Below are positions 10,461-20,078 of a stretch of 64,000 nt of DNA, piece by piece. The DNA comes from an uncultured Chroococcidiopsis sp. GTDB lineage: Bacteria > Cyanobacteriota > Cyanobacteriia > Cyanobacteriales > Chroococcidiopsidaceae. The notes under the pieces are model-generated. The model saw nothing but the letters and a program-made list of their open reading frames with translations, did no database searches and was not told the DNA's origin. The first letter of the stretch is position 1; every line of letters starts with the position of its first letter. The position numbers were made by a program, and so were the translations under genes. The DNA lies in contig CAXTYC010000002.1 in NCBI GenBank assembly GCA_964248365.1, positions 64,001-128,000 of the forward strand. Direction: 5' to 3'.

Positions 10461-10889
10461 ATGACACAAGATGCAATCTTCAGTCCATTCTTTGCCACAG
10501 TGTTTCTGACATTCCTAGTCTGGGTGTATATGTACATCCGCCGTATCAGTTTCATCACAAGTATAAAGATCAGCCCGCAGGATCTTTCTGTATCCGGCAC
10601 ATTGGCGCAGATCACGCCACCAAGCGTATCCAATCCATCGGATAACTTCAAGAACTTGTTCGAGATTCCGGTACTTTTTTATGCGCTCGTTCTATACCTC
10701 TTCGTCACGAAGCAGGTGGATGCAGTATATGTGAACGCTGCGTGGATCTTCGTTGTGTTTCGCGCATTGCATAGCGCTGTCCATTGCACATTCAATCTCA
10801 TCATACTTCGGTTCTACCTCTACCTATTTGCCACGCTTGCGGTGTGGTTCATTGCGTTCCGCGCAGCCTTTATCCACTTTGGCACGTAG
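10461..10889 (+). CDS. MAPEG-family membrane protein
   Basis: SDNFKNLFEIPVLFY and AWIFVVFRALHSAVH motifs. RBS GAGGT upstream. Confidence 0.85.
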   Translation: MTQDAIFSPFFATVFLTFLVWVYMYIRRISFITSIKISPQDLSVSGTLAQITPPSVSNPSDNFKNLFEIPVLFYALVLYLFVTKQVDAVYVNAAWIFVVFRALHSAVHCTFNLIILRFYLYLFATLAVWFIAFRAAFIHFGT

Positions 10890-10895
10890 GTACGC

Positions 10896-11018
10896 TCTCC
10901 ATATTTGTCTATAAATACCGTTCGGATGGATGAACGGACAGGGTATATATTCTTCCTAGCAGGTGAGGAAAATATCATAGAGATCTACCCTAGTGGACGA
11001 TGGAGATACATCGGATGA
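10896..11018 (+). pseudogene. 3' remnant of a small DUF6888-like gene
   Basis: Reads SPYLSINTVRMDERTGYIFFLAGEENIIEIYPSGRWRYIG* with no 5' half. Its stop overlaps the next ATG (ATGA at 11015-11018). Family name from memory. Confidence 0.5.
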
Positions 11019-11238
11019 GTAAGCCTAACTTTCAAGCAATGAGCCAGAAAGATTTGCACCGATTACGTTCTTGCTCATCGGGATGACCTGGAGGCTTTTT
11101 ACGCTTATGTAGACAAACTTCATGCAGAAGCAAACACCGATTGTGATGCCGCCATTACAGTCATTGCAGGATTTGGAAAATTATCCTGAATTTACCTTTT
11201 GTTTTCGTAAAGATTCTCAGCCTGGAGATAACATCTAA
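11015..11238 (+). pseudogene. Frameshifted DUF6887-like gene
   Basis: Reads MSKPNFQAMSQKDLH / DYVLAHRDDLEAFYAYVDKLHAEAN / IVMPPLQSLQDLENYPEF...*, with two frame changes. Family name from memory. Confidence 0.55.
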
Positions 11239-11253
11239 CACTGCATTACAAAA

Positions 11254-11281
11254 GTAGAGACGCGATATATCGCGTCTCTAC
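11254..11281. repeat. GTAG-type REP palindrome
   Basis: Perfect 28-bp palindrome GTAGAGACGCGATATATCGCGTCTCTAC. Confidence 0.8.
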
Positions 11282-11338
11282 AAGTCCATTAAATAAGTAA
11301 GACTAACTCAACTAAGCGTATCGCTACATACTTTCTTC

Positions 11339-12835
11339 TTAGCTTTGCGCTAGTCCTTCTCGCACCCGCTTACCATATTCAGGATCGGCTTTTGTGAAAT
11401 GCTCCACCATGCGCTCTTGAATATCCCAGTTGCACTTTTTAAGCGCGGTAACAAGGTTCAAAATCAAATCGTCGCGCTCTTCATCTGAAAAAGCACGATA
11501 GCGATCGCCAGCCTGTCCGTAATCATTCGTGCGGCTGATTTTTTTGCGCTCAACTGGACCTTCAACGTAGGGAGTATGATCCTTACCAGTTTTCGGCGCT
11601 TCTTTTAACCCATGCATACTACTTGGCTCATAATTTACATGGGGATTTTCCCCTGCTTCGACTCCATCAACGCGGAAAGTCATCTGACCATCACGCTGAT
11701 TCGTAGCTACCTTAGTTTTTGGACTATTAATGGGTAACTGAAGGTAATTTGCGCCGATGCGGTAACGCTGAGTGTCAGAGTAAGAGAAAGTCCGACCTTG
11801 CAGCAATTTGTCGTCGGAGAAATCTAACCCGTCAACTAACACGCCTGTACCAAACGCGGCTTGCTCAACTTCGGCGAAATAGTTCTCTGGATTTTTGTCA
11901 AGAACCATGCGACCGACAGGTAACAGGGGGATTTGTTCTTGTGGCCAGACTTTTGTAGGATCTAGTGGATCGAAGTCGAGTTCGGGGTGTTCGTCATCCG
12001 ACAAGATTTGGACGCAAAACTCCCATTCAGGATATTCGCCTTTTTCAATCGCTTCGTACAGATCGATTGTGGCGTGGTTAAATTCCTTAGCCTGAACTTC
12101 CTCAGCCTGAGCTTGAGTCAAACATTTTACACCCTGCTTGGGTACAAAATGATACTTGACTAGATACCCTACACCGTCAGCATTCACCCACTTATAGGTA
12201 TTTACACCCGATCCTTCCATAAATCGGTAGCTGGCTGGAATTCCCCAAGGACTGAACAACCACGTAATCATGTGCGTGGCTTCAGGTGTTAGGCTGATAA
12301 AATCAAAGATGCGATTGACATCTTGTTTGTTGGTAACTGGGTCTGGTTTGAAGGCATGAACCAGGTCAGGAAACTTGATTGGATCTCGAATAAAAAAGAT
12401 TTTCAAGTTATTTCCAACTAAATCCCAGTTTCCATCTTCGGTGTAAAACTTGACCGCAAAACCACGCGGATCGCGCAAGGTTTCAGGCGAATGTCCGCCG
12501 TGAATAACGGTGGAAAAACGCACAAAAGTGGGTGTGATTTTTCCTTTTTCTTGGAAAAGCTTAGCACGGGTGTACTTGCTTACAGGTTCGTCGCCTACTT
12601 TACCATAAGCCTCAAAATAGCCATGAGCGCCAGCGCCACGCGCATGAACTACTCGTTCTGGAATGCGTTCGCGGTCAAAGTGAGTGATCTTTTCTAGGAA
12701 GTTGTAATTTTCCAGAACTGTGGGACCTCTGTCACCGACAGTCCGTACATTCTGGTTATCTGTTACTGGGTGTCCCTGGCGGTTTGTGAGAATTTCCTCT
12801 TGGTTGCTCTGCTGCTGTTGTTGATTGTCTGCCAT
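11339..12835 (-). CDS. Monofunctional heme catalase, small subunit, Bacillus KatX-like
   Basis: [15 protein letters not shown] (distal His), [28 protein letters not shown] and [12 protein letters not shown] (proximal Tyr). The start is placed at MADNQQQ (12835), not the ORF-track start at 12967. Confidence 0.95.
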   Translation of the reverse strand: MADNQQQQQSNQEEILTNRQGHPVTDNQNVRTVGDRGPTVLENYNFLEKITHFDRERIPERVVHARGAGAHGYFEAYGKVGDEPVSKYTRAKLFQEKGKITPTFVRFSTVIHGGHSPETLRDPRGFAVKFYTEDGNWDLVGNNLKIFFIRDPIKFPDLVHAFKPDPVTNKQDVNRIFDFISLTPEATHMITWLFSPWGIPASYRFMEGSGVNTYKWVNADGVGYLVKYHFVPKQGVKCLTQAQAEEVQAKEFNHATIDLYEAIEKGEYPEWEFCVQILSDDEHPELDFDPLDPTKVWPQEQIPLLPVGRMVLDKNPENYFAEVEQAAFGTGVLVDGLDFSDDKLLQGRTFSYSDTQRYRIGANYLQLPINSPKTKVATNQRDGQMTFRVDGVEAGENPHVNYEPSSMHGLKEAPKTGKDHTPYVEGPVERKKISRTNDYGQAGDRYRAFSDEERDDLILNLVTALKKCNWDIQERMVEHFTKADPEYGKRVREGLAQS

Positions 12836-13124
12836 ATATACGCTAAATCTGCTATGTGTTCCCCAAGACTTGCGCCGCTTGTAGCACCACAACTCCCAGA
12901 GGTGACTACGGGTTTGCTTACCTTTATTGAAAGTAACTACTATTAGTTTTCTCCAACCTCTTACCAAAGTGTTAGATACACTCTGTCTATTGGGAGAAGG
13001 GGCATTAGGTTAAGTCAGCCTGTAAGCTTGAATACAAAGAGTTTGCTTATTTAGACTTTAAAAAAATACTCTATTTTGTAGTTGACAGAAAAAAAGTGCA
13101 TTTACAGAGGGCGTTTATTTCCAT

Positions 13125-13877
13125 TCAATCGAGAATCAAACGCGATCGCTTAAACCTACCAAGAGCGATCGACAATAACCCAGCGTCAACAACGGCTAGA
13201 AAAACTATAATTACAAAGAAAAGTTGTGTAGTATCAGCAATTTTAGCCCAATTGAGGACACTTGCTTGGAATTTACCAGGTAATAAATTAAAACCTATAA
13301 TTGGTATCCAAGTTAAACCAATGGAAACGAAAGCCAATTTTTGCGCGGCTTGTCGAACTGTTGGACTACGCAGAGACACAATCACACCAATACTAGCTGC
13401 TAATGTTGCACTCAAAAATCCTAAAATCATGCCACCGAATAATATAGAGGCAGGATAAAGTAAGAGCTTTCCATCACTATGAAAAAAGTTTACTCCGCAT
13501 AAACCAGTTAACACAACCAACAGCGTCATTAGCCAACCATAGCTAACAACTGTAATCACTTTACCCAGCAAAATAGCTAGTTCTGATAAAGGACTAGCTA
13601 ACAAAGTTTCTAAAGTGTGTCGTTCACGTTCTCCAGCAAAAGCATCAGCAGTTAGTGCCAATACTTGTAGAGTTGGTAGCCAAGCCCAAAAAACAATTGT
13701 TATTGGAGATTCTACCCACGCACTACCAATTTGTGAGGGGATAAAAATTCCAAATACTAACAATAATGGCAGCAAACTCATTATAGTTGTCCGCAGGCTA
13801 CCGCGTTGAAATAGCAGTTCCCGCCATTCTTTCCAAATTACAGTCCAAATATCGGCAATCAATGTGGAGATTGACAC
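13125..13877 (-). CDS. ABC-2 type transporter permease
   Basis: IWKEWRELL, FAGERERHTLETLLASPLS and ILLGK motifs, six TM segments. Confidence 0.9.
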   Translation of the reverse strand: MSISTLIADIWTVIWKEWRELLFQRGSLRTTIMSLLPLLLVFGIFIPSQIGSAWVESPITIVFWAWLPTLQVLALTADAFAGERERHTLETLLASPLSELAILLGKVITVVSYGWLMTLLVVLTGLCGVNFFHSDGKLLLYPASILFGGMILGFLSATLAASIGVIVSLRSPTVRQAAQKLAFVSIGLTWIPIIGFNLLPGKFQASVLNWAKIADTTQLFFVIIVFLAVVDAGLLSIALGRFKRSRLILD

Positions 13878-13961
13878 AATCCTTAGAGGCTATAAATAAT
13901 AATATCGCTTATCAATCAGTTATCCTTACTTTGGTGGTTACAGGGATATCTGCTCATAAAT

Positions 13962-14234
13962 ATGGTGATACGAGTAAGAACTGTACATGAGGAGTTTGAA
14001 GCGGCAGAAGATGGCGGGTATGTTTATGGCAAGATGCACCGACAAAAAAGCTTCCCTGTCTATGTTGAGCTAGGCACAGAAGAAGAATATATTCTTTCTT
14101 CAAAAGACGATCCAAAGACGGAGTATAGATTTTTCAGAGGGTGTAACGTTTTTGTTGCCGAAACTGATGAGCAACTCGATAGAGGAGAGTATATATTTAC
14201 TTCACCATCCGCGACAGTAGTTATTTATTGCTAG
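13962..14234 (+). CDS. Hypothetical acidic 90-aa protein, antisense to the ABC operon
   Basis: ATG-started ORF with a globular-looking composition, filling the gap between permease and ATPase. Confidence 0.65.
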   Translation: MVIRVRTVHEEFEAAEDGGYVYGKMHRQKSFPVYVELGTEEEYILSSKDDPKTEYRFFRGCNVFVAETDEQLDRGEYIFTSPSATVVIYC

Positions 14235-14385
14235 TTACACCAGATGAAGACACCCACGTAGTTCGCCGCTTTCCCATCTGCTTGTGCTGAATTTGGATCT
14301 GATCTCGATTTTTTTCCAAAAACTCTTCCAGCTCCTCTAAAGGAACTTGCACAACCTCTTTATTCTTGAGCTGCACAGTGAACAT
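14221..14385 (-). CDS. Hypothetical 54-aa protein (not in the ORF track)
   Basis: MFTVQLKNKEVVQVPLEELEEFLEKNRDQIQIQHKQMGKRRTTWVSSSGVTSNK*, with AAGGA upstream. Its 3' end overlaps the 90-aa ORF by 14 nt. Confidence 0.6.
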   Translation of the reverse strand: MFTVQLKNKEVVQVPLEELEEFLEKNRDQIQIQHKQMGKRRTTWVSSSGVTSNK

Positions 14386-14460
14386 AACAAGTGTTTCTTT
14401 CCTTCTTTATACCTCACAGTATGTCACAGAATGTCACAGATGTAACGTGTTGCAGAGATT

Positions 14461-15426
14461 TTAGGACAGGGGAGAAGTCTTTGTCTCCATCAAATTCAAG
14501 AAAACTTCCTCCAGGCTGGGGTTATTTTTGCGGACTTCTTCGATTTCCACACCTGCATTGACTAACATCTTTACCAGAGGTGCAGTACCCATTTGTTGAT
14601 GCAAGGTAATACTCAAGCGATCGCCTGCAATTTGAGTTGATGCAATTAGTGGTTGAGATTCTAGCAAATCTATCACTATTGGAGTGAAACCACGCCCGAT
14701 TATTTCAATTTTCGGATTACCAGAAGCAGCGCGTAACTCATCGGGATGACCAACTGCTAATAGTTTACCCTGGCGAATTACTCCGATTTTTTGGCACAAC
14801 TTTTCCGCTTCTGTTAGATTGTGCGTTGTTAAGAAGACTGTCACTCCTTCTTGCGCTACCATCTGTTGCAAATCATCGCGCAAGGCGGCGGCGGCTACCG
14901 GATCTAGCCCGTTTGTTGGTTCATCTAGAAAGATTAAAGGTGGAGAATGTAGCATTGCACGAGCTACCGCTAGCTTTTGCTTCATTCCCCGACTCCACTC
15001 ACCAACTTTTTGATGGCGGCGTTGCCAAAGCCCCATTTGAGCCAGCAATTCCTTAATGCGCGATCGCCTTTTAGCTGTTGGTAAGCGCCAAACCCTGGCG
15101 TAAAACTCTAAATTATCAACGGCACTCAGTCGTTCATACAACCCTGGATGTTCTAGCAAAGCACCTGTACGCTGGCGAATTTCCCCCCCGTGCGATCGCG
15201 TATCAAAGCCCAGTACTTCGGCTCGTCCCTTAGTAGGCTCTAATAAACCTAGTAATAACCTAATAGTTGTGGTTTTACCAGAACCGTTAGCACCCAAAAA
15301 GCCAAAGACAATACCTCTTGGTATTTCTAGGGATAAATGATCTACAGCTTGGACAGAGCCAAAATTCCGACACAGATCTAAAGTACGAATTGCGTTAGCG
15401 TTGCTTACCGAAGGAATCGCGGTCAT
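14461..15426 (-). CDS. ABC transporter ATP-binding protein (DrrA/CcmA-like)
   Basis: Walker A GANGSGKTT, signature WSRGMKQKL, Walker B IFLDEPT and TTHNL. Confidence 0.95.
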   Translation of the reverse strand: MTAIPSVSNANAIRTLDLCRNFGSVQAVDHLSLEIPRGIVFGFLGANGSGKTTTIRLLLGLLEPTKGRAEVLGFDTRSHGGEIRQRTGALLEHPGLYERLSAVDNLEFYARVWRLPTAKRRSRIKELLAQMGLWQRRHQKVGEWSRGMKQKLAVARAMLHSPPLIFLDEPTNGLDPVAAAALRDDLQQMVAQEGVTVFLTTHNLTEAEKLCQKIGVIRQGKLLAVGHPDELRAASGNPKIEIIGRGFTPIVIDLLESQPLIASTQIAGDRLSITLHQQMGTAPLVKMLVNAGVEIEEVRKNNPSLEEVFLNLMETKTSPLS

Positions 15427-15465
15427 TGACGAGCTTACAGATTGTTACTGCTTCAAACTACATTA

Positions 15466-15531
15466 CAGTTACCAGTTACCAGTTACCAGTTATCAGTTAT
15501 CAGTTACCAGTTACCAACTACCAACTACCAA
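15466..15531. repeat. STRR-type heptamer tandem repeat (CAGTTAC/CAACTAC)n
   Basis: Direct 7-nt repeats. Confidence 0.85.
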
Positions 15532-15659
15532 GTACGGGCTTGGCTGTGTGCCCCTACCAACTACCAACCCACCCCGCATTTTAACTTTCCAACCATAGAC
15601 AGTATGAAAAGTGTCACTATATGCTATTATCCTTAAATTACTCAGCATAAACTATAGTT

Positions 15660-15730
15660 GTGTGTGAGGAGTGGTACTACAGAAAAAGCTCTTGGGGTCG
15701 AAACATGGCAAGACTCCCAAGAGCTTTTTC
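15660..15730 (+). ncRNA. yfr2: Yfr2-like small RNA, copy 1
   Basis: 5' GTGTGTGAGGAGT contains the exact complement of the Yfr1 motif ACTCCTCACAC. A long stem with a GTCGAAACATGGCAAGAC loop region ends in a T-run. A -10-like TAAACT lies at 15648-15653. Confidence 0.75.
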
Positions 15731-15857
15731 TATTAGGTAGTAGCCCGCCAATGCCCACCGTTGATTATTTGTGAATTCCAAATAATTAGATTGTTGCCAG
15801 TATGAAAAGTGTCACTATTTGCTACTGTCCTTAAATTAATCGGCATAAACTGTAGTT

Positions 15858-15929
15858 GTGTGTGAGGAATGGTACTAACGAAAAGGCTCCTGGGGTCGAA
15901 ACACGGCAAGACTCCCAGGAGCTTTTTGT
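15858..15929 (+). ncRNA. yfr2: Yfr2-like small RNA, copy 2
   Basis: GTGTGTGAGGAAT ... GCTCCTGGGGTCGAAACACGGCAAGACTCCCAGGAGCTTTTT. The promoter is duplicated with it, and the stem shows a compensatory change relative to copy 1 (CTCTTG/CAAGAG vs CTCCTG/CAGGAG). Confidence 0.75.
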
Positions 15930-16469
15930 TTGATCCGCTTTTGTTGTGTGGCGCTTAGACTGTGAATCGCGCTTGAGCCACGTCCCAACAATAGATATCT
16001 TGCCATTCACACGCCTGTAGTGTGGTACTTGCTTTGATGCGGCGTATTTGACGCAGGCGGCGTTGCCTTCCCCACACTACAATTGCTGCGAATAATCACT
16101 ATGCACTGTTAATGCATAACTGATTGGATTTTTGTTAGTCATCGCTACAAAGAGATACGTTTGCAGCGTCAAAGAATTAAGGCGACCTATTTAATCAAAA
16201 CTAACTTATTTCTGATTAAATTCCGTTAATGTTTGGCTAATAAGCTGCCTCCAAAACAAATGCCGTAAACTCACTGATGCTTGCACTTAATCAGCTTCAA
16301 TATAATAGTTTGCTAGGAAAAATGGTTGCCCTCGCAGGAGGGCAAACCTAAAACTTGGTTATTCACGTCTCTGCCCTAGTGTACGCGCCCTTTAGCGCAA
16401 TAATTGCGAGTAATCAATAGATTCTCGGTTTGAACTAATTAGGTATAAAGCTAAACCACAAAAAACAAT

Positions 16470-19400
16470 ATGTGGGAAATTTTAAAGCAGTTATTTTCCT
16501 CAAGTCAGTATATTCCTCACGGTCACTGCTACTTGTGGCAATCTCCACTAGTATGGTTGCACGTTTTGAGTGACTTGTTAATTGCGATCGCCTATTACTC
16601 AATTCCGGCGACGCTGATTTATTTCATCTACAAGCGCAGAGATGTTCCTTTTATAGGGATATTTGGCTTATTTGGAGCTTTCATCATCCTTTGTGGCACA
16701 GGTCACTTATTGGAAATTTGGACGCTGTGGCATCCAGTTTACTGGCTAACAGGAGTTGAAAAAGCAATAACTGCCCTAGTTTCCTGCTTCACTGCCTTGG
16801 AAATGGTAACGCTACTGCCTAAATTCCTAGCTTTACAGACTCCAGAGCGATTAGCAGCAATCAACCGAGAACTACAAAATCAAATAGTTGAACGTCAGCA
16901 GGCTCAAAAAGCTCTACAGAGTATTGTAGTGGGGACAGCTTCAGTCACGGGTGAAGAATTTTTCCCAGCTTTGGTGCAAAATTTGGCAACGGCTCTGGAT
17001 GTTCGCCACGTCTTTGTTGCAGAACTGGTGAGCAACCAGCCTCTAAGGTCAACAACTCTTGCCTTTTGGGCTAGGGATCGGGTGGCAGAAAACTTTGAAT
17101 ATGACTTGATTGATATTCCCTGTGAGCGTGTTGTCAAGCAAGCACAGTTATGCTATTACCCTAACAAAGTTCAGGAACTATTCCCCCTCTCTAAAGCTTT
17201 AAAGGCGATGGAAGCAGTATGTTACTTGGGAGCGCCGCTGTTGGATGGGGAGCAGCAGGTAATTGGGGTTTTATGTATCATGAGCGATCGCCCTTTGGCG
17301 AATGAGGAAAATGCCAAGGCGATAATAACGGTATTTGCCGCCAGAGCTGCTGCCGAATTGCAACGCCAAAGAGCAAAAGCTGCCCTGCACCATGCCAATG
17401 AGGAATTAGAAATTCGAGTTAACGAGGCTACCATTGGACTGCGCCAACGCACCGCAGCATTAAAGGCAAGTCAAGACTTTTTAGATCGGGTACTCAATGC
17501 CGTAACTGACCCGATTTTTGTCAAAGATAGACAGCATCGCTGGACAATGCTTAACGATAGCTTTTGCCAGATGATTGGCTATCCCCGTGAACAGTTGATT
17601 GGCAAATCTGACTATGATTTTTTCCCAAAAGCACAAGCGGATGTTTTCTGGGAATATGACAACCGAGTATTCACCACAAGCATTGAGTATGAAAATGAAG
17701 AGGCATTTAAAGATGCGGATGGCGCAAGGCGCACCCTATCAACGAAAAAAATTGCCTTTGCTGATGCGGATGGCGATCGCGCTTTAGTTGGCATCATCCG
17801 CGATATCACGCAGCGCAAACAGGCTGAGGAAGTTTTGCGGCAGATGGCAGAGAGGGAAAAGGCAATATCCAGAGTCATTCAACAGATGCGCCAGACGTTG
17901 CAACTTGAGACAATATTTCATACCACAACTCAAGAACTACGTCAAGTTATCTCGTGCGATCGCGTTGTCATCTATCGTTTCAATCCCGACTGGAGTGGGG
18001 AGTTTGTCTCTGAGTCAGTAGCACCCGAATGGATACCCTTGATTCAGCAACAAACAAATGAACTTGCCATTACTGAAGCATCTGTTGACGAAACTAGTTG
18101 TACTGTGAAAACCTTCGGCAGTGCCAACCACTCAGTACGAGATACTGACACTTACTTGCAAGAAACTCAAGGTGGTGTTTACCGACTCGGAACGAGTTAC
18201 CTGTGTGTACCAGACATCTATAAAGCTGGGTTCAAATCTTGTTACCTCGAACGTTTAGAGCAATTACAAGCCAAAGCTTACATCACTGTACCTATCTTCT
18301 GTGGCGAGAAACTTTGGGGTTTACTGGCAGCTTACCAAAATTCAGATCCCCGCCAATGGGAAGAAGCAGAAATCATGATGGTAGTTCAAATAGGGACTCA
18401 GCTAGGAGTTGCCGTACAACAAGCAGAATTACTAGCGCGAACTCAACAGCAAGCAAAAGAGTTGAAACTAGCCAAAGAAGCCGCCGATGCTGCCAACCGT
18501 GCTAAAAGCGAATTCCTTGCTAACATGAGCCACGAACTGCGTACCCCCCTCAACGCCATCCTTGGCTTCACCCAATTAATGCAGCGCGACTCATCTCTAG
18601 CCATTGAGGAGCAGCAGCAATACCTAAATATTGTCAGTGGTAGCGGCGAACATTTGCTGGAATTGATTAACGGTGTTCTGGAAATGTCAAAAATCGAGGC
18701 TGGACAAGTTACGTTGCACGAAAACAGCTTCGATCTTTATCAAATGCTTGATAGCCTCAAAGATATGCTCAAGTTGGGAGCTACATCTAAAGGCTTGCAG
18801 CTTATCTTTGAGTGCAGCAATCAAGTGCCTCAATATGTAAAAACTGACGAAAGTAAACTGCGTCAAGTTTTAATTAACCTACTTGGGAATGCAATCAAAT
18901 TTACCAATAAAGGTAGTGTGAAACTGCGAGTTGTCAAGAGTCAAGAGTCAAGAGTTAGTAGTAAAGAACAACTGACAAATGACCTAAAACAAATAACCTT
19001 ACATTTTGAAGTCGAGGATACTGGATGTGGTATCGCTTCCCACGAGCTAGATAATTTGTTTAAACCTTTTACCCAAATTGAAACGAGTTTGAAATTCAGC
19101 CAAGGTACAGGTCTAGGTTTACCCATTAGCCAAAAATTTGTGCAACTGATGGGCGGAGAAATTGCTGTGGCTAGCATACCAGGTGAGGGAGCCAATTTTG
19201 CCTTTGATATCCAGGTGAGTTTGGGTGAACAAATTCTAGTTAATCCAACCCAATCTATCTGTAAAAAAGTCATAGGTTTAGCACCTAACCAACCCAAATA
19301 TCGTATTTTGGTTGCAGAAGATAAGCCAACAAATCGCCTTCTTTTAGTCACGCTTCTTAGTTCTTTGGGTTTTGAGGTACAAGAAGCCCAAAATGGTCAA

Positions 19401-19955
19401 GAAGCTATAGCAATATGGGAGAGTTGGGAGCCGCATTTGATCTGGATGGATATGCGGATGCCAGTGTTGAACGGTTATGAAGCGACAAAACAAATCAAAG
19501 CTTCTTTGAAAGGTCAGGCAACGGTAATTATTGCCTTGACTGCTAGCGTTTTTGAGGAACAACGACAAACTATTTTATCAATTGGGTGTGACGACTTTGT
19601 GCGTAAGCCCTTTCGAGAAAGTACGATCTTTGAAAAGCTGGCGAACTATCTAGGTGTGCGTTATGTCTATGAACAAAACGATGTAGAGACGCAATATATC
19701 GCGTCTGTACGGAAGGATGAAGAAGCTACAACAGCCTTTATGCTTCAACCCCAATCCTTACAAGTAATGTCGAGCGAGTGGGTGGAACAACTACACAATG
19801 CCGCAGCCTCTGGCAGCGATCTTCTAATTTACGAACTAATCGAGCAAATTCCCACAGAAAATGCTGCCCTTGCTATGGCGCTGACTGATTTAGTTGAAAA
19901 CTTCCGGTTCGATATAGTTACCGAATTAGCTCAACCGACATCAAAAAAGACGTGA
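16470..19955 (+). CDS. Hybrid sensor histidine kinase: ethylene-binding-type TM domain, GAF, PAS, cyanobacteriochrome GAF, HisKA, HATPase, REC
   Basis: ETR1-like [13 protein letters not shown]...[24 protein letters not shown]...[10 protein letters not shown] in the [30 protein letters not shown]; receiver motifs LIWMDMRMP and KPF. Confidence 0.92.
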   Translation: MWEILKQLFSSSQYIPHGHCYLWQSPLVWLHVLSDLLIAIAYYSIPATLIYFIYKRRDVPFIGIFGLFGAFIILCGTGHLLEIWTLWHPVYWLTGVEKAITALVSCFTALEMVTLLPKFLALQTPERLAAINRELQNQIVERQQAQKALQSIVVGTASVTGEEFFPALVQNLATALDVRHVFVAELVSNQPLRSTTLAFWARDRVAENFEYDLIDIPCERVVKQAQLCYYPNKVQELFPLSKALKAMEAVCYLGAPLLDGEQQVIGVLCIMSDRPLANEENAKAIITVFAARAAAELQRQRAKAALHHANEELEIRVNEATIGLRQRTAALKASQDFLDRVLNAVTDPIFVKDRQHRWTMLNDSFCQMIGYPREQLIGKSDYDFFPKAQADVFWEYDNRVFTTSIEYENEEAFKDADGARRTLSTKKIAFADADGDRALVGIIRDITQRKQAEEVLRQMAEREKAISRVIQQMRQTLQLETIFHTTTQELRQVISCDRVVIYRFNPDWSGEFVSESVAPEWIPLIQQQTNELAITEASVDETSCTVKTFGSANHSVRDTDTYLQETQGGVYRLGTSYLCVPDIYKAGFKSCYLERLEQLQAKAYITVPIFCGEKLWGLLAAYQNSDPRQWEEAEIMMVVQIGTQLGVAVQQAELLARTQQQAKELKLAKEAADAANRAKSEFLANMSHELRTPLNAILGFTQLMQRDSSLAIEEQQQYLNIVSGSGEHLLELINGVLEMSKIEAGQVTLHENSFDLYQMLDSLKDMLKLGATSKGLQLIFECSNQVPQYVKTDESKLRQVLINLLGNAIKFTNKGSVKLRVVKSQESRVSSKEQLTNDLKQITLHFEVEDTGCGIASHELDNLFKPFTQIETSLKFSQGTGLGLPISQKFVQLMGGEIAVASIPGEGANFAFDIQVSLGEQILVNPTQSICKKVIGLAPNQPKYRILVAEDKPTNRLLLVTLLSSLGFEVQEAQNGQEAIAIWESWEPHLIWMDMRMPVLNGYEATKQIKASLKGQATVIIALTASVFEEQRQTILSIGCDDFVRKPFRESTIFEKLANYLGVRYVYEQNDVETQYIASVRKDEEATTAFMLQPQSLQVMSSEWVEQLHNAAASGSDLLIYELIEQIPTENAALAMALTDLVENFRFDIVTELAQPTSKKT

Positions 19956-19988
19956 ATTCTTCTTTAGACCTCCTGCACGAATATATCT

Positions 19989-20050
19989 GTAAGGGCGGGT
20001 TTATCCGAAATCTGGCGTGAAAATCGAAGCCTTTTAGTAAACCCGCCCCT
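19989..20050. repeat. REP-like inverted repeat (GGGCGGGTTT...AAACCCGCCC family)
   Basis: Terminal inverted repeat. Relatives at 22659-22722, 45203-45266 and 55188-55405. Confidence 0.7.
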
Positions 20051-20078
20051 TCGCTTAATTGGTAACTCGAAATTGAAA

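Noticed and set aside
15600..15929. Duplicated 130-nt unit as a CRISPR array or NsiR1-type repeat
   Set aside because: Only two long units, no spacer pattern and no cas genes. The motifs fit Yfr2 better.
16324..16348. Hairpin GGTTGCCCTC-GCAG-GAGGGCAAACC upstream of the kinase as a c-di-GMP riboswitch
   Set aside because: GGCAAACC is present, but the GNRA-capped P2 and the downstream GCAAAG/tetraloop-receptor elements are not.
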